From positions 64,544,001-64,608,000 of the forward strand of contig NW_024704743.1 in NCBI RefSeq assembly GCF_018977255.1: a stretch of 64,000 nucleotides of DNA. The letters are read 5' to 3'. Made by a program: the position numbers and the translations under genes. Position 1 is the stretch's first letter. The number at the start of each line of letters is the position of its first letter. Positions 63,068-64,000 of this stretch are shown one piece after another. The notes under the pieces are model-generated. The model searched no databases. It worked only from the letters and a program-made list of their open reading frames with translations, and had not been told where the DNA came from. Source of the stretch: Callorhinchus milii. Its lineage: Eukaryota.

Positions 63068-63620
63068 TCAGCTTGGCTCAGTTGTTAGCACTTTTGCCTC
63101 TAGGTTAGAAGGTTGTGGATTCAAGCTCTACTCTGGGGCTTTTCGCTTACAGTGCATGCTGGCACTACAGTGCAGCATTATAATGATGTATTATTGGAGA
63201 GGTTGTCCTTGTATGAGATTTAAACTGATGTCTGTTTGCTTTCATAAGGATTTCATAACAGCATTCAAAAGAAGAAGGAAATGTTTCCTGCCAACAATCC
63301 TTTGCATACATTGTTCATTCACTTCATGACTGTTTGTGGGCCATTCCTATGCACAAATTGAACATTAAACATTAAAGATTCCTTTGCACTCTTCGAAAAA
63401 TAAAGGGAGTTTATCCCATTCTTATCTTATCCCCAAAATAATATTGGTTACTCACTTCATGAGTTGTTTGTGAGACGTTGCTGTGTTCAAATTCACTGCT
63501 GGTTGACCAACAAAAATACACAGTCATTACACTTTATAGTTTATCCTGTGAAGCACTTCAAGACGACCTCCCAACATGAAAGACTTCATATCAAATGCAA
63601 GAATTATTATTTTTGTTGTT
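63068..63620 (+). mobile_element. Old DeuSINE(s): one with a head, followed by a second Deu core and tail
   Basis: gtcagcttggctcagttgttagcac head; ttcacttcatga.tgtttgtg block occurs twice. Confidence 0.78.
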
Positions 63621-63958
63621 TTGATGTTATAGGTGCTCTGTTAAATGCATGATTATATTATCTAATTCTACAAAGAGAAATAAACGGAGCACAGATTCAG
63701 ACGGATGAAGAAATGTGTCTTTTGATCAGGACCTAACTTTATTTTATGTCCCAATTTTTGTTGAATGCTGAGGAGAAGTAGAATACCATTTGGCAGAGCC
63801 ACTAACTTTTTAATAAATTAGATGAGTCTCATCTCTGTCTCAGAAACTGAACAGTTCAATTTGGAGTTGATTTGACTGGAAGATAAAATATAAACTAAAG
63901 CATTCTTCATATTTTAGAAATCCAATGACACAATTTTTCTTTCTTTTCTTCTAACCAG

Positions 63959-64000
63959 ATATTTTTGCAAACATTACTTGGGGATCAGTTGTTCCACATT
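63959..64000 (+). other. Possible exon start, running off the window
   Basis: Long polypyrimidine tract tttttctttcttttcttctaaccAG (63934-63958); all three frames open over 42 nt. Confidence 0.3.

Overview
AT-rich, CpG-depleted vertebrate genomic DNA, intronic or intergenic, and densely filled with decayed retroposons. The repeat mix is CR1 and L2 LINEs, a young tRNA-Ala-headed SINE with an L2-type 3' tail and (ATT)n end, older DeuSINE-type SINEs, a Penelope-type terminus and LF-SINE/AmnSINE2-like relics. This points to a cartilaginous fish, most likely a chimaera such as Callorhinchus (inference). No intact multi-exon gene can be proven, and nearly all long ORFs in the track are LINE fragments or their antisense shadows. 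Main non-routine observations: (1) a 5'-truncated, frameshifted, intronless PPIL1 (cyclophilin) retrocopy whose poly(A) end is fused to the 3' half of the SINE, consistent with an mRNA-SINE chimera mobilised by L2; (2) a candidate minus-strand transcription unit, with a CCAAT/PBX-like/TATA promoter and micro first exon at ~53 kb, a 180-nt symmetric coding-like exon at 33.2-33.4 kb and a possible terminal exon at 1.9-2.0 kb, encoding a protein I cannot identify; (3) a 76-bp inverted duplication of a repeat/L2 junction; (4) two CR1 copies sharing the same frameshifts; (5) unclassified MITE-like families; (6) triple-nested insertions, a young CpG-rich minisatellite and several CNE-like repeat-free blocks. 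Family names come from remembered consensus motifs, not from searches, and boundaries of old repeats are approximate.
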